From a virus (taxonomy: Duplodnaviria; Caudoviricetes), in IMG/VR virus record IMGVR_UViG_3300030606_000025, positions 1 to 38,377 of that record: a DNA stretch of 38,377 nucleotides; one strand, given 5' to 3'. The notes below the pieces were generated by a model, which saw only the letters and a list, made by a program, of their open reading frames with translations, was not told where the DNA came from and ran no database searches. The translations under genes were made by a program, and so were the position numbers. Position 1 is the first letter of the stretch; each line of letters begins with the position of its first letter. Of this stretch, positions 24,977-34,521 are shown piece by piece.

Positions 24977-26416
24977 ATGCATATGCTTCCTTTACATACC
25001 AGTGCCAGCGCGATAAAAACGGCTGATCTGTGCGATCGAAAATACGTTATCGCACGTAAGTATCTCTCGCACGCGCCGACTGATGATCCCCGGCTGGTGT
25101 ACGTTCCTGATGTAGATGCGCCGTGGCTTGAGCGAGGTAAGCGTCTGCACACCGAGTGTGAAGCGTACGTGAAGGGACAAGGAGCTACGCCTCGACCGGA
25201 ATGGTTCACGGCAGACTTTCCCGAGTGGGCTGACGTGATCGCCACAGAGCCGTATTTCCAAATAGGACCCTTCCACGGCTATATTGACGTGATCACGCCC
25301 CGGCGAGTGATCGATTATAAGTTTGTAGGTACGTTCGACCACGTCGCGACGCTGGACGAACTCGAACACGATCCACAGTGCGTGCTGTATAGCGTAGTAG
25401 CGGCCCCGCTCTTGAACGGCCGCGCTGTGGATTGGACGCTGCGTAAGCACAGGAGCGAGGTACGCCGCGCAATCGTGGCCGTGCAGCCGGACGTGCTTCA
25501 CAGCGACACGATCACGTTTTCGCTCCTGTACAGCAAACAAAGCGATCCGGACAAGTACAAGAGCCTGCTAGTTACACGCACATGGACCGGAACAGAACTT
25601 CTCGAGGCATGGGAAGCGCTGCTACACAAGCACGCGCGCATGATGCGCCTGTTCGCAAACGCTTGGCACTGGACAGACTTGCGCCCACTGTCCGTGGCTT
25701 GTGTGAAATACGGCGGGTGTGAATATCAACAGATCTGCGCCGTGGCGCAGGATGTCAACAGCGATCCAGGGTGGATCGCGTGGTACAGATTCATGCACCA
25801 AAAGCAGCAAATCCTCATCAACCCGCCCGAGGGTTACGACGCACACGCTGACGCAAGCCTTGCCTTGCTGGCGCATCGGGCGCAAGCCAAGAGCAAAAAG
25901 GACGTGCTCTTGGCTGTGGTGGACGAACTCAAAAGTGAACACGGAATCGCGGTAGAGATACCGGCAAAGGCCAAGAAGGCCCAGATAGCCAACCTGGCCG
26001 CGCAAGGTGTCAGAGAAGCGTGCATCAAAGCTGGCGATAAAATCGCATGGGCATACGTGTCCGGTGGTGACGCCTGGCCGGTACAGGATCTTGCCCCGGC
26101 GCATGAGCTTCCAGCCGTGATCTTGGATGCTTTGCGTCACCCGTGGGGTCTGCATCTGATCATCGATAGCGAGCACCTGGCGATCATGGACGGCATGCTC
26201 GAGTGTTTGCGTGTTCATAAGCACCCGGGTGCATGTGTAGCGATATGGGCTTATCTGAAGGAACGTTGCGTGTTCCCGGAAGACGGGATAGGCGACGATA
26301 TCGTGATCGATGGTGAGATCTGGCCAGATTGGGATAATCAGTGCTGGACCATGCAAGGGTGCATGCTAACGCATTTGCAACTGCATGCATCATTGAAAGT
26401 TTGGTGTGCACAGTGA
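24977..26416 (+). CDS. PD-(D/E)XK Cas4/RecB-like nuclease with a C-terminal extension
   Basis: SASAIKT..C, RGKRLH, GYIDV, IDYK, Q..LY and terminal C-x5-C-x5-C (Fe-S type cysteines). Confidence 0.85.
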   Translation: MHMLPLHTSASAIKTADLCDRKYVIARKYLSHAPTDDPRLVYVPDVDAPWLERGKRLHTECEAYVKGQGATPRPEWFTADFPEWADVIATEPYFQIGPFHGYIDVITPRRVIDYKFVGTFDHVATLDELEHDPQCVLYSVVAAPLLNGRAVDWTLRKHRSEVRRAIVAVQPDVLHSDTITFSLLYSKQSDPDKYKSLLVTRTWTGTELLEAWEALLHKHARMMRLFANAWHWTDLRPLSVACVKYGGCEYQQICAVAQDVNSDPGWIAWYRFMHQKQQILINPPEGYDAHADASLALLAHRAQAKSKKDVLLAVVDELKSEHGIAVEIPAKAKKAQIANLAAQGVREACIKAGDKIAWAYVSGGDAWPVQDLAPAHELPAVILDALRHPWGLHLIIDSEHLAIMDGMLECLRVHKHPGACVAIWAYLKERCVFPEDGIGDDIVIDGEIWPDWDNQCWTMQGCMLTHLQLHASLKVWCAQ

Positions 26417-26979
26417 AGGGCCAGCTTTTGTTTGTCGATGTCGAAACCGGGGGACTTGACGCCAAAAAGCACAGCGTTTTGCAACTGTCTTATGGTGCGT
26501 TTCTGTCGGATCAGGGCTACCACGGGCCAGCTACGATCGAAACGTTCTACGTGATCGACACCCCAATCGTGGTGGATCCAGAAGCACTGCAATACAACGG
26601 GATTGACATCCAGCGTGTTATTCGAGACGGCGTAAATGTCAATGAAGCTTGCAGGCGCTTGCACGATTTTTGGCGCGCGTGGTCCGGTAGCAAGCCTGTG
26701 CACATGGTGGCGTACAATTACGCGCTAGATCTTGCGTTCGTCCGTTCGCTTTACGGCAGTGGTCACTACGGACAAACCATGTTTGAGGAAATGTTTTCCT
26801 ATAGGTGCGTGGACATGCAATCGATCACTCGTTTTCTGTCAATGCGGCATGGAGAGCGACCTGGCGGTTTCAGGGAAGCTTGTGAACGCTACGGCGTCGT
26901 GAATCACAAGCCTCATGACGCGGGAAGCGATGTTGCAGCGATGATGGAGCTGTGGCAAAGACTAATAATGCCAACTTGA
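26413..26979 (+). CDS. DEDDh 3'-5' exonuclease (DnaQ-like)
   Basis: DVETGG, AYNYALD and HDAGSD motifs; GTG start overlapping the upstream TGA. Confidence 0.9.
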   Translation: MKGQLLFVDVETGGLDAKKHSVLQLSYGAFLSDQGYHGPATIETFYVIDTPIVVDPEALQYNGIDIQRVIRDGVNVNEACRRLHDFWRAWSGSKPVHMVAYNYALDLAFVRSLYGSGHYGQTMFEEMFSYRCVDMQSITRFLSMRHGERPGGFREACERYGVVNHKPHDAGSDVAAMMELWQRLIMPT

Positions 26980-26997
26980 TCTGGAAAAGGAAACGCA

Positions 26998-27399
26998 ATG
27001 CGTGAGCAAGATATCCAGGCTACTTTCGTTGGCCGGCTACGCCAACTGCAGGTGCGGCTAGAGAGCACGACAGCAGAGAAATGGGTAGTGTTCTTTCATC
27101 CGCCAAACGAGGGCAAACGCGGGCCACAGGCCCGGAATCAGGCACGTGCTCTCGGGATGTCAGCCGGTGTACCAGATCTATTTGTGTTCTTTTCTCATAC
27201 TCTGCGCGTTTACGGATTCAACCGGCGAATGCTCGTGATCGAGTTCAAAAGCACAACTGGTAAGCCCACACACAGTCAACTAGAATGGCTAGCAAAACTG
27301 GAGACATTGCCTAATACCGGCTGTTTCGTGATCGACAGCTTGGCTGATGTTGGTGACTTGATTACAGAGATCGAGCTGGCGTATTCGAGGCTTCTGTGA
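26998..27399 (+). CDS. VRR-NUC domain nuclease
   Basis: EQDIQ, HPPNEGKR, AGVPDL, IEFK..GKPTHSQLEW. Confidence 0.9.
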   Translation: MREQDIQATFVGRLRQLQVRLESTTAEKWVVFFHPPNEGKRGPQARNQARALGMSAGVPDLFVFFSHTLRVYGFNRRMLVIEFKSTTGKPTHSQLEWLAKLETLPNTGCFVIDSLADVGDLITEIELAYSRLL

Positions 27400-27668
27400 C
27401 CTGCCCAGCATGCGGCCTGGATACAATAGTCACAGATTCTCGCGTCACTCCTGGCTATCGCAGACGGCGACGAAAGTGCCAATGTGGGCGCAAACTCTCG
27501 ACAGTGGAAATTTCTGTACCTGCCCGTGGGTGCGCTGTGCTGGTGCAGAACCGTGGAGACGGAATCGGCTGTGTTGTTGCCGAGCTGGGTTCGGAAATGC
27601 AAGAGCGCATAGCAAAAGCTCGAGATCTTTACGCGCTCGTGCTGGCTGCGCTCGATGGTGACAAATGA
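27396..27668 (+). CDS. NrdR-N/Ogr-like zinc-ribbon regulator
   Basis: CPAC..TIVTDSR..RRRRRKCQCG..STVE; no ATP-cone follows. Confidence 0.75.
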   Translation: MTCPACGLDTIVTDSRVTPGYRRRRRKCQCGRKLSTVEISVPARGCAVLVQNRGDGIGCVVAELGSEMQERIAKARDLYALVLAALDGDK

Positions 27669-28495
27669 CCGCAACAAATCCTCTGCACTGGCTGGGCAGC
27701 AAACGCACTCTAGCGCCTAAATTGTGGAATATGGTAAAGGCTGCGCTAGGCCCTGGCACGGCCATATACGAACCGTTCGTTGGCGCAGGACATTTTAGCC
27801 TATATGCCATGGCGCAGGGTCACCGCGGACCTTTGATCTGGAGTGATAACGATGCTTTGCTGATACGCTTTTACATAACATTGCAAGGCATGCAGCCGCG
27901 GGATTTTGCCGAACTAGAACAGTTCTGGTATCGGATGAATAAAAATCGCACCTTGCTAATTCGCAAACTCGGCACTGCGCGGTACGGTGTTTGTGATATG
28001 GAAGGGATCGAATTTGTTGGTTCGTATTACCTGCTGAACCAGTGCGCACACTCTGGCCTGATGCGCTTCAACAAGAGTGGAATTTTCAACACACCTTTAG
28101 TGCGATTGCAGAATGTGCGCACGGAGAAGATCCGCGCTCTCGCAGCTTTTGCGCTCGGTCCACTCCGGAGCGTGTGTGTGCAGGATGCTATGGACGCTAC
28201 ACGCGTGGTGTGGTGCGTTGGTGCTGCGCCTAGCATGTATTTTGTAGATCCACCATATCGTGGCACGTGGAACTACAACGGCCAATGGGGCGAACAACAC
28301 ACGATTAGGCTACACAAGATACTGGCAGATTTATGTCACGCACACGTCCCTGTGCTTTACACAGACGCAGAGAGCGTGCTTGATATGGAATCTGCCGCTG
28401 TGCTGGGTAAATACGGGCACTGGTCTGTTTTACCGCATCACAGCAACCACAACCGCGCACGGATAAATCATTCTGTATTTGTGGCGAATCTATGA
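27665..28495 (+). CDS. dam: DNA adenine methyltransferase (Dam/D12 family)
   Basis: WLGSKR, EPFVGAG, RFNKSGIFNTP and DPPY motifs. Confidence 0.85.
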   Translation: MTATNPLHWLGSKRTLAPKLWNMVKAALGPGTAIYEPFVGAGHFSLYAMAQGHRGPLIWSDNDALLIRFYITLQGMQPRDFAELEQFWYRMNKNRTLLIRKLGTARYGVCDMEGIEFVGSYYLLNQCAHSGLMRFNKSGIFNTPLVRLQNVRTEKIRALAAFALGPLRSVCVQDAMDATRVVWCVGAAPSMYFVDPPYRGTWNYNGQWGEQHTIRLHKILADLCHAHVPVLYTDAESVLDMESAAVLGKYGHWSVLPHHSNHNRARINHSVFVANL

Positions 28496-30731
28496 GGACG
28501 CTTGCCCGTCTACACAGCTAGTGATCCCCTTCACCGTCATACCCGGGAAATTCGTAGTTTCCTGGCCACCCCAGCATGCTGATACGCGCAAGCAACCAGC
28601 GCCGATAGCTTATGCTGTTGACCTGCCTACGGGATTAACCACCCAATATAGCACGGAGGCTTACGCGCAAGCCTCTTGGGTGGATGGATCTGCGGGCCCA
28701 TGGCTCAAGCACACGTACAGGCTTAGGAAAGAGGCACCGGCTGAATTAGAGAAAACGGGCAGGTACGTGCGTTTTTCTTCGCTGTGGTTCGATTTCGATA
28801 CAGGCAAGGGTGTAAACCACGTGCCGGCAACGCCACAATGGTACGCGACACAGCTCGCGAAACTAATCAACATGCCAGCGCCGTGGGATGGTTTCGTGTA
28901 TTACGAAACGCACAAAGGGTGCCGTATCGTATACGGGCTTGAGCAGCCGATGGATCTTGCCACTCATAATCGCGCCGGCCGTTACGTATTTGGTCTGCTC
29001 GAGCAAGTGGGCCTGCAGCCCGACACCAGTTGCAGTGATTGGACACGGCTTTACAAGTTGCCCTGGGTACCTGGCCACACTCACCACAGGTTATTGCACG
29101 AGCGCTATCGGCCAGTTTCGCCAAATGTTATTGTTCAAATCCCAGAGCCTGCACAATCACCCTTACCAACGCATGTGGGCGCGGATGAGAGCTGGCGAAC
29201 GAGCGATCCTATCGAGGGTGGTCGCAATTCGTGGCTCACCAGCGTGGCCGGCTTTCTGCGATACAAGGGACTATCGTACGAAATGATCCGCTACACCCTG
29301 GCCGGGTGTCTGGCCACGGGCAAGGTCGCGGGGGATTTCACTCTACAAGAATGCGAGCAGATCGCGCGCTCGGTGTGCAGATACGAGCAAGGATCGCATA
29401 GGTTCGAGCGTGGCTCTGATGTCGAACTTGGCGAGTTCCTTCTGACACAACTATCACCCGTGCTCGATGTAGCCTTCGATCAAGGTCAGATGTATGTGTA
29501 TAGCCCTGATCAAGGGATCTGGGCCAACAAACCAACAGCCGAACTCGAGAACCTTTGCGCGCACTTGCTCGACGGTGCTGAAATCACAAAAGGCACTGAC
29601 AAGGATGGTACACCCAAGGTTAGCGCGATAGCGCTATCTAACCAGCGAGTGCGCTCCATCGTTGAACGTGCCCGTACAGCCTCCACTAAGGCTGGTTTTT
29701 TTGACAACGCACCACCGAGTGCGGTCTTCCGTAATGGCCATATTGTCGTCCGTAGCGATCTCGGGCGCGTGGAGCTGGTACAGCCGTCGCCCGACACACG
29801 TGCCAGAGCGCGCATAGACGCTAACTTTGAACCGCAAGCTATACCACATATATTTATCGACTATATGCGATCTCTGCGAAAGGACGACACAGAGATCCAG
29901 ACGTACAGGGAGTTTCTCGGCGCCGCGCTTCTCGGTGTGACGTACCAATTTCAACAGGCCCTGTTGCTTATAGGGGACGGGGCGAATGGCAAAAGCACCT
30001 TTGCAGTGTTCTTGGAGTCTCTCTTCAATACAGGCGAGGTTACATATCTTACGCCGGACGAATTGGAGACAGAATACAATCGCAACATGATCGTGCATTC
30101 TCGGCTAAACGTGATGGACGAAGTTAACGCGAAAGAAGTACAGGCAACCAAGGAGATCAAGAAATTGATCGTCGGGGCTACGATGCAGGCCCGCCCAATA
30201 ACTCAGGCTCCTTTTAACTGGAAACCGCGCACCGCTGTGTTGTGGATGATGAACAGGTTACCAAGCATACGCGATACGTCCGAGGGATTTTTCAGGCGTT
30301 GGATCGTTCTGCCGTGGGATTACGAGATACCAGAGCATATACGAATGCCTGAATCGCAAGTGTTGAGTTTGCTTGCTCAGGACAAGTATGCCGTGATATC
30401 GTGGGCTATCGCTTCTCTACCTGATCTCCTGGCTCGCCGTAGGTACACCATACCGGCTGTAAGCAAGGAAGCTGTTGAGAGCTGGAAACAGGACAACGAC
30501 AGCGCAGCCGACTTCGCGGTCAACAAGCTGGTCCCTTTGGCCGACGGTGAGCTTTGGGTAACTGCGAGCGACATATACAGTGCCTACAAGCTATTTTGCA
30601 TAGAGTCTGGGCGCATGCCGTTGGCTTTGCGATCATTCGGGCACAGACTCAAGCGCACGGGTCTGAAATGGATTCTAAGCACCCGGCGCAGTAACGGTAT
30701 CTACTACTCAGCGAAAGTGAGACAGCAATGA
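28479..30731 (+). CDS. Primase-helicase (primase domain, PriCT, D5_N, SF3 helicase; P4-family)
   Basis: WFDFD, YETHKG, DWTRLYKLP; EGGRNSWLTSVAG; Walker A GDGANGKS; MDE; N..P..D.SEGFFRR. Confidence 0.9.
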   Translation: MWRIYEDACPSTQLVIPFTVIPGKFVVSWPPQHADTRKQPAPIAYAVDLPTGLTTQYSTEAYAQASWVDGSAGPWLKHTYRLRKEAPAELEKTGRYVRFSSLWFDFDTGKGVNHVPATPQWYATQLAKLINMPAPWDGFVYYETHKGCRIVYGLEQPMDLATHNRAGRYVFGLLEQVGLQPDTSCSDWTRLYKLPWVPGHTHHRLLHERYRPVSPNVIVQIPEPAQSPLPTHVGADESWRTSDPIEGGRNSWLTSVAGFLRYKGLSYEMIRYTLAGCLATGKVAGDFTLQECEQIARSVCRYEQGSHRFERGSDVELGEFLLTQLSPVLDVAFDQGQMYVYSPDQGIWANKPTAELENLCAHLLDGAEITKGTDKDGTPKVSAIALSNQRVRSIVERARTASTKAGFFDNAPPSAVFRNGHIVVRSDLGRVELVQPSPDTRARARIDANFEPQAIPHIFIDYMRSLRKDDTEIQTYREFLGAALLGVTYQFQQALLLIGDGANGKSTFAVFLESLFNTGEVTYLTPDELETEYNRNMIVHSRLNVMDEVNAKEVQATKEIKKLIVGATMQARPITQAPFNWKPRTAVLWMMNRLPSIRDTSEGFFRRWIVLPWDYEIPEHIRMPESQVLSLLAQDKYAVISWAIASLPDLLARRRYTIPAVSKEAVESWKQDNDSAADFAVNKLVPLADGELWVTASDIYSAYKLFCIESGRMPLALRSFGHRLKRTGLKWILSTRRSNGIYYSAKVRQQ

Positions 30732-30901
30732 CACGTGGCAGGAAGAATTACCAGCAAAAAGCACCCAAGCGACGTGTGTACGCTGATGCGCCACGCATCG
30801 TTTTGCCGGCCAAGAGTGGCCCGCCGTGTACTCTATGCGCCGGCTGTGAGGCGCTAATGGAAAGGATATGCAGAGATGCGAATATACGTAGCGGCAAGTA
30901 G
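30728..30901 (+). CDS. 57-aa basic Cys-containing peptide
   Basis: Manual translation MTRGRKNY...CTLCAGC...; ATGA-coupled to the primase gene. Confidence 0.4.
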   Translation: MTRGRKNYQQKAPKRRVYADAPRIVLPAKSGPPCTLCAGCEALMERICRDANIRSGK

Positions 30902-31709
30902 CAAGGAGCTGGATCGCGCCAAGCGTGTGATCGCCATGGTCGAGCGCTCGGAAGGGCTCAAGATCACTTTCGACTGGACCAAAGACATCGAGCAAGCTAC
31001 AGTACCTGACGCCAGCCTACTGATGGATGCACGCTGTATATCGGCCGGTGCCGACTTGCGCGGCGTGTGGGAGTGCGACGTTCTGTGGCTGCTTATGCCT
31101 GCTGTCTCGTCCTTTGGTGCGGCCACAGAGCACGGCTACGCCATCGCAAAAGGCAAGCGTGTGGTCACGTCCGGGTGCCGCGATACCGGCATATGGCGAG
31201 TGTGTGCGGAAGCCGTGTTCGTGAACAAGGACATGCGCCACGCCGACGATATGGCGCTGCTATGGCTGCTGTCGGAGTCTAGCCAAGTGAACCGCCACAG
31301 CGTGAGCGACCGGACCACGCTTGTGATGAAGCCGAACCCGAGAGATGGTTGCTACAACTGTAGCCGCCGAACCTGCACCGAGTCAGGTTTGTATTGGCAC
31401 TGCCCAGAAACTAAGACTGAGGATATTACTCACTTTGTGCGCCGTGGATACAGCAAACCTGCCGATTGTACGTCGTGGCGGTATGAAACGGGGGCCGAGC
31501 AGAACTGCAGCAATTGCTTTCGTAATGACAAAGGACGCTGCACGGCCCGTATCCTAGCAGAGAAAGACGTGGTCGTGAAACACGCCAGCAACGGCACCCG
31601 ACCCGATTGGTGTCCCGGATGGATCGTGAGGACAGCACGCTGCATACACGGTTTCGAACAAGGACTATGCTCGCGCGTTGATTGCGATTACGCGGCTGTG
31701 ATCCCATAA
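30876..31709 (+). CDS. Nucleoside 2-deoxyribosyltransferase-like protein fused to Cys-rich repeats
   Basis: MRIYVA, DW, DLRGVWECDVL, GAATEHGYAIAKGKRV motifs; C-terminal CxxC..C..P(A/D)xCxxW unit twice. Confidence 0.75.
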   Translation: MRIYVAASSKELDRAKRVIAMVERSEGLKITFDWTKDIEQATVPDASLLMDARCISAGADLRGVWECDVLWLLMPAVSSFGAATEHGYAIAKGKRVVTSGCRDTGIWRVCAEAVFVNKDMRHADDMALLWLLSESSQVNRHSVSDRTTLVMKPNPRDGCYNCSRRTCTESGLYWHCPETKTEDITHFVRRGYSKPADCTSWRYETGAEQNCSNCFRNDKGRCTARILAEKDVVVKHASNGTRPDWCPGWIVRTARCIHGFEQGLCSRVDCDYAAVIP

Positions 31710-31712
31710 CAG

Positions 31713-31898
31713 GTGCCCAAAGTTCTAGCCGTGGGTGGGATCATTTCCGCCACAGCGCTCGCAGCGGATTTCTCGCGTACAGCTGGCTTGATCATGCTAT
31801 GCGCAAACATCATATGCCTTTTACTCGACAGGAGACACCACAATGGCAAGAGCGACACTCAGGAAACTACAACAACAAGCCAAAGCGATTGCAGATAA
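31713..31898 (+). CDS. Small two-TM hypothetical protein
   Basis: Two hydrophobic stretches; fills the operon gap. Confidence 0.35.
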   Translation: MPKVLAVGGIISATALAADFSRTAGLIMLCANIICLLLDRRHHNGKSDTQETTTTSQSDCR

Positions 31899-32244
31899 CA
31901 AGGGCTGGGGAACCCCAGAACTCGAAGATGCCACCTTGCTCGTACGTGAGAACAGACCCTACGCCGCTACGCATGTCGCGACAGCGGCGACCTTGTGTGC
32001 ACACCTATGCTTGATCCATTCCGAAGTGTCCGAAGCGTGCGAGGATGTCCGCAATGGCCGCTATCACAGTGTGTATTCAAATGTTTTTCGTAAACCCGCG
32101 GGCATGGCCAGCGAACTTGCCGACGTTATGATCCGGGTACTGGACCTGGCCGAGCGCTGTGGTTTCGACATGCAGGACGAGATCGAGCGCAAGATGGCCT
32201 ACAACGCCACGCGCGAGTATAAGCACGGGGGCAAACTGCTGTAG
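31843..32244 (+). CDS. mazG: MazG-like nucleotide pyrophosphohydrolase
   Basis: LIHSEVSEACE, SELADVMIRVLD, KMAYNATREYKHG; RBS AGGAG. Confidence 0.9.
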   Translation: MARATLRKLQQQAKAIADNKGWGTPELEDATLLVRENRPYAATHVATAATLCAHLCLIHSEVSEACEDVRNGRYHSVYSNVFRKPAGMASELADVMIRVLDLAERCGFDMQDEIERKMAYNATREYKHGGKLL

Positions 32245-32246
32245 CC

Positions 32247-32465
32247 GTGCCCATTCCGGCCGAGCCTTGCCCACATTGTGGTATGGATTACACCGAGCTG
32301 TTGTGCGGAATTCGTTTCGACGATATTCGCGCTGAATTGTGGGGTGAGGTACAGGCCTGGACACGAGAACGAATCACACGACATACTGTATTAGGACGAA
32401 TGCACGAACGCAAACGCATGTACTGGGAGATGCACCTGCGTGAGTGCCAGGATGCTCCATTTTGA
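32247..32465 (+). CDS. Small zinc-binding hypothetical protein
   Basis: CPHC ... HxxxC; operon-packed. Confidence 0.55.
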   Translation: MPIPAEPCPHCGMDYTELLCGIRFDDIRAELWGEVQAWTRERITRHTVLGRMHERKRMYWEMHLRECQDAPF

Positions 32466-32656
32466 ATAGCAGCAAACCAAAATCAATCAAAGAACCCGAT
32501 TTTCGCTACCCGGAGTTTACCCGTGCTAGTGGGTTGTGCCTTTGCGCTACGTGCGGCAGGTTATACTTTGATCACCAGTTAGTTGATGAATACAAAGACA
32601 GCGACGGGTATCGCTGGTTGAATAGGCTATGCAATGGGCGCCTAGTTAAACTATGA
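32462..32656 (+). CDS. Small zinc-binding hypothetical protein
   Basis: RASG..CATCG...H...LCNG..VKL; overlaps both neighbours by 4 nt. Confidence 0.55.
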   Translation: MNSSKPKSIKEPDFRYPEFTRASGLCLCATCGRLYFDHQLVDEYKDSDGYRWLNRLCNGRLVKL

Positions 32657-34521
32657 TAACCATCGACCTAGAAACGTTCGCGATAGCACCCGGCCGCTTG
32701 GCGCCACCGATAGTATGCGCGCAATGGGGCAACGAGCACGAGCAGCACCTGATAACACACAGCCGGGTATCAGACTGGTTTCGCTGGCTGTTCACTTCCG
32801 GTGCCACGATCAACGGTTTCAACATCGCTTATGATCTCGCCTGCCTGTGCGCGCATGATAGCAGCCTGATCCCTCTGATCTTCGACATGCTGGACAATGG
32901 CCGCGTTGTCGATGCAAGCATCGCACTCGCGTTGCACGACATAGGTACTACTGGCGGCGCGCTCACCGAGAACAAGCGCATTAAACTGGAGGCCACTTAT
33001 CATGCGATCTCGGGCGAAAGCATAAAGGGTAAAGGAACTACGCAGCTTCATTATCAGAGTCTGTACCATGTGTCCATCAGCCTGTGGCCACAGGAAGCGA
33101 TCACATACGCCAAACGCGACATAGTCGCCGCTGCCAGCGTGTGGAATCACTACGCCGCTTTACAGCACCTATACACGCCACCGAGCGCGCCTTCCGGCAT
33201 GCCGTCGCAGGTGCGCGCTGCATTCGCTTTACAGTTCCAATCAGCGCGCGGGCTATGTACGGACCGGCGCATGTGGGAGCGTGTTCGCTTGGTACTATTA
33301 CGACAACGAGAGCAAGCGCTACGAGTTCTTATAAGCGCTGGTATAGTGCGGGCGGACGGAAGCCAGGCTGACACCGTGTTGCGTAATCTGGCCGAGCAAA
33401 CTGCTGAGTATGCCGGCGTCAAATTGTCGCGCACACCAGGTAAAGGACTCGTGCAAGTAGATGCCTACGCGAAAAAGCGCCTAGCCAAACACAGCCCCGT
33501 GTTTCAAGCATTACTCGACCACGATCAGGCCGATGATCATCTCGGTAAGTACCTGCGGCCTATGATACTCGGGCTCGACGGCAACGTGATCCATCCAAAT
33601 TACACGGTGTGCGTTGGTTCAAACCGCGTCAGTAGCTGGGAGCCGAACATCCAGAACCAGTCGAACAAGGTGCCGATCCGCGAGTGTTTCGTACCCCGTC
33701 CCGGTTACGCTTTCGTTGCGGCCGATCTCAATATGGCTGAGCTGGTGAGCGTGTCGGAAATGTGCCTGCATGTCATGGGCGCAAGCCGCATGGGACAATG
33801 GATCAACGATGGTAAAGATGCGCACCTGGCGATGATCGCGGCTACGCAAGGTATCGTATACGAACAGTTGCCGCCAGATGCAAAGAAGGTGCTAAAGCGA
33901 GAGCGCGAGCTGTACAAGGGCCTTAATTTTGGCCGTCCTGGAAAGATGGGAATAGGTGGTCTTATCGCGTACTGGTTCACCCGTGGTCTCGAGGTTAGTT
34001 ACTCGGAAGCGCGAACGTATATGAACCGCTGGGATCAAGCCATGCCTGAGGTTGGCATCCTGAACGAATGGACCATGGCCAGGGTCGCGCAAAATAACGG
34101 TGTGTACGTGCATCCGCTAACAGGCTGGGTTCGTTACGTGGGCGATCGTGATGGGGCAGCATGTAACAATAACTTCCAGACGCTCACAGCAACCGGCGTC
34201 AAGCACGCTACGTACGAGATTGCTCGCGAGTGTTACCACCCTGATATACGGTCGTCGCTCAAGGGCTCGTACCCTGTGGCCATGGTGCACGATGAAAACC
34301 TGCTTGAGATCCCCCTCGGGCCATCATTCACCGCTGCTGGTTATCGCGCAGCCGAGATCATGACGCAGGTAACACAGCGGTATACTCCGCACGTGCGAAG
34401 CAAATCAAGCCCCGTTGCGCAACTGCGTTGGAGCAAGCGAGCGGAAATGAAAACACTGCCAGATGGAACGCTCGTAGCATATGATCCGATCGTGCATCTG
34501 GGCGAGGAGTACAGGCTATGA
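32653..34521 (+). CDS. polA: Family A DNA polymerase with 3'-5' exonuclease
   Basis: Exo I DLET, exo II FNIAYD, exo III YAKRD; RVSSWEPNIQN; motif A DLNMAEL; motif B RELYKGLNFG; motif C VHDE. Confidence 0.95.
   Translation: MITIDLETFAIAPGRLAPPIVCAQWGNEHEQHLITHSRVSDWFRWLFTSGATINGFNIAYDLACLCAHDSSLIPLIFDMLDNGRVVDASIALALHDIGTTGGALTENKRIKLEATYHAISGESIKGKGTTQLHYQSLYHVSISLWPQEAITYAKRDIVAAASVWNHYAALQHLYTPPSAPSGMPSQVRAAFALQFQSARGLCTDRRMWERVRLVLLRQREQALRVLISAGIVRADGSQADTVLRNLAEQTAEYAGVKLSRTPGKGLVQVDAYAKKRLAKHSPVFQALLDHDQADDHLGKYLRPMILGLDGNVIHPNYTVCVGSNRVSSWEPNIQNQSNKVPIRECFVPRPGYAFVAADLNMAELVSVSEMCLHVMGASRMGQWINDGKDAHLAMIAATQGIVYEQLPPDAKKVLKRERELYKGLNFGRPGKMGIGGLIAYWFTRGLEVSYSEARTYMNRWDQAMPEVGILNEWTMARVAQNNGVYVHPLTGWVRYVGDRDGAACNNNFQTLTATGVKHATYEIARECYHPDIRSSLKGSYPVAMVHDENLLEIPLGPSFTAAGYRAAEIMTQVTQRYTPHVRSKSSPVAQLRWSKRAEMKTLPDGTLVAYDPIVHLGEEYRL

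Noticed and set aside
24977-26416. Cas4-like protein as CRISPR-associated
   Set aside because: Solo PD-(D/E)XK nuclease in a replication operon with no cas1, cas2 or array.
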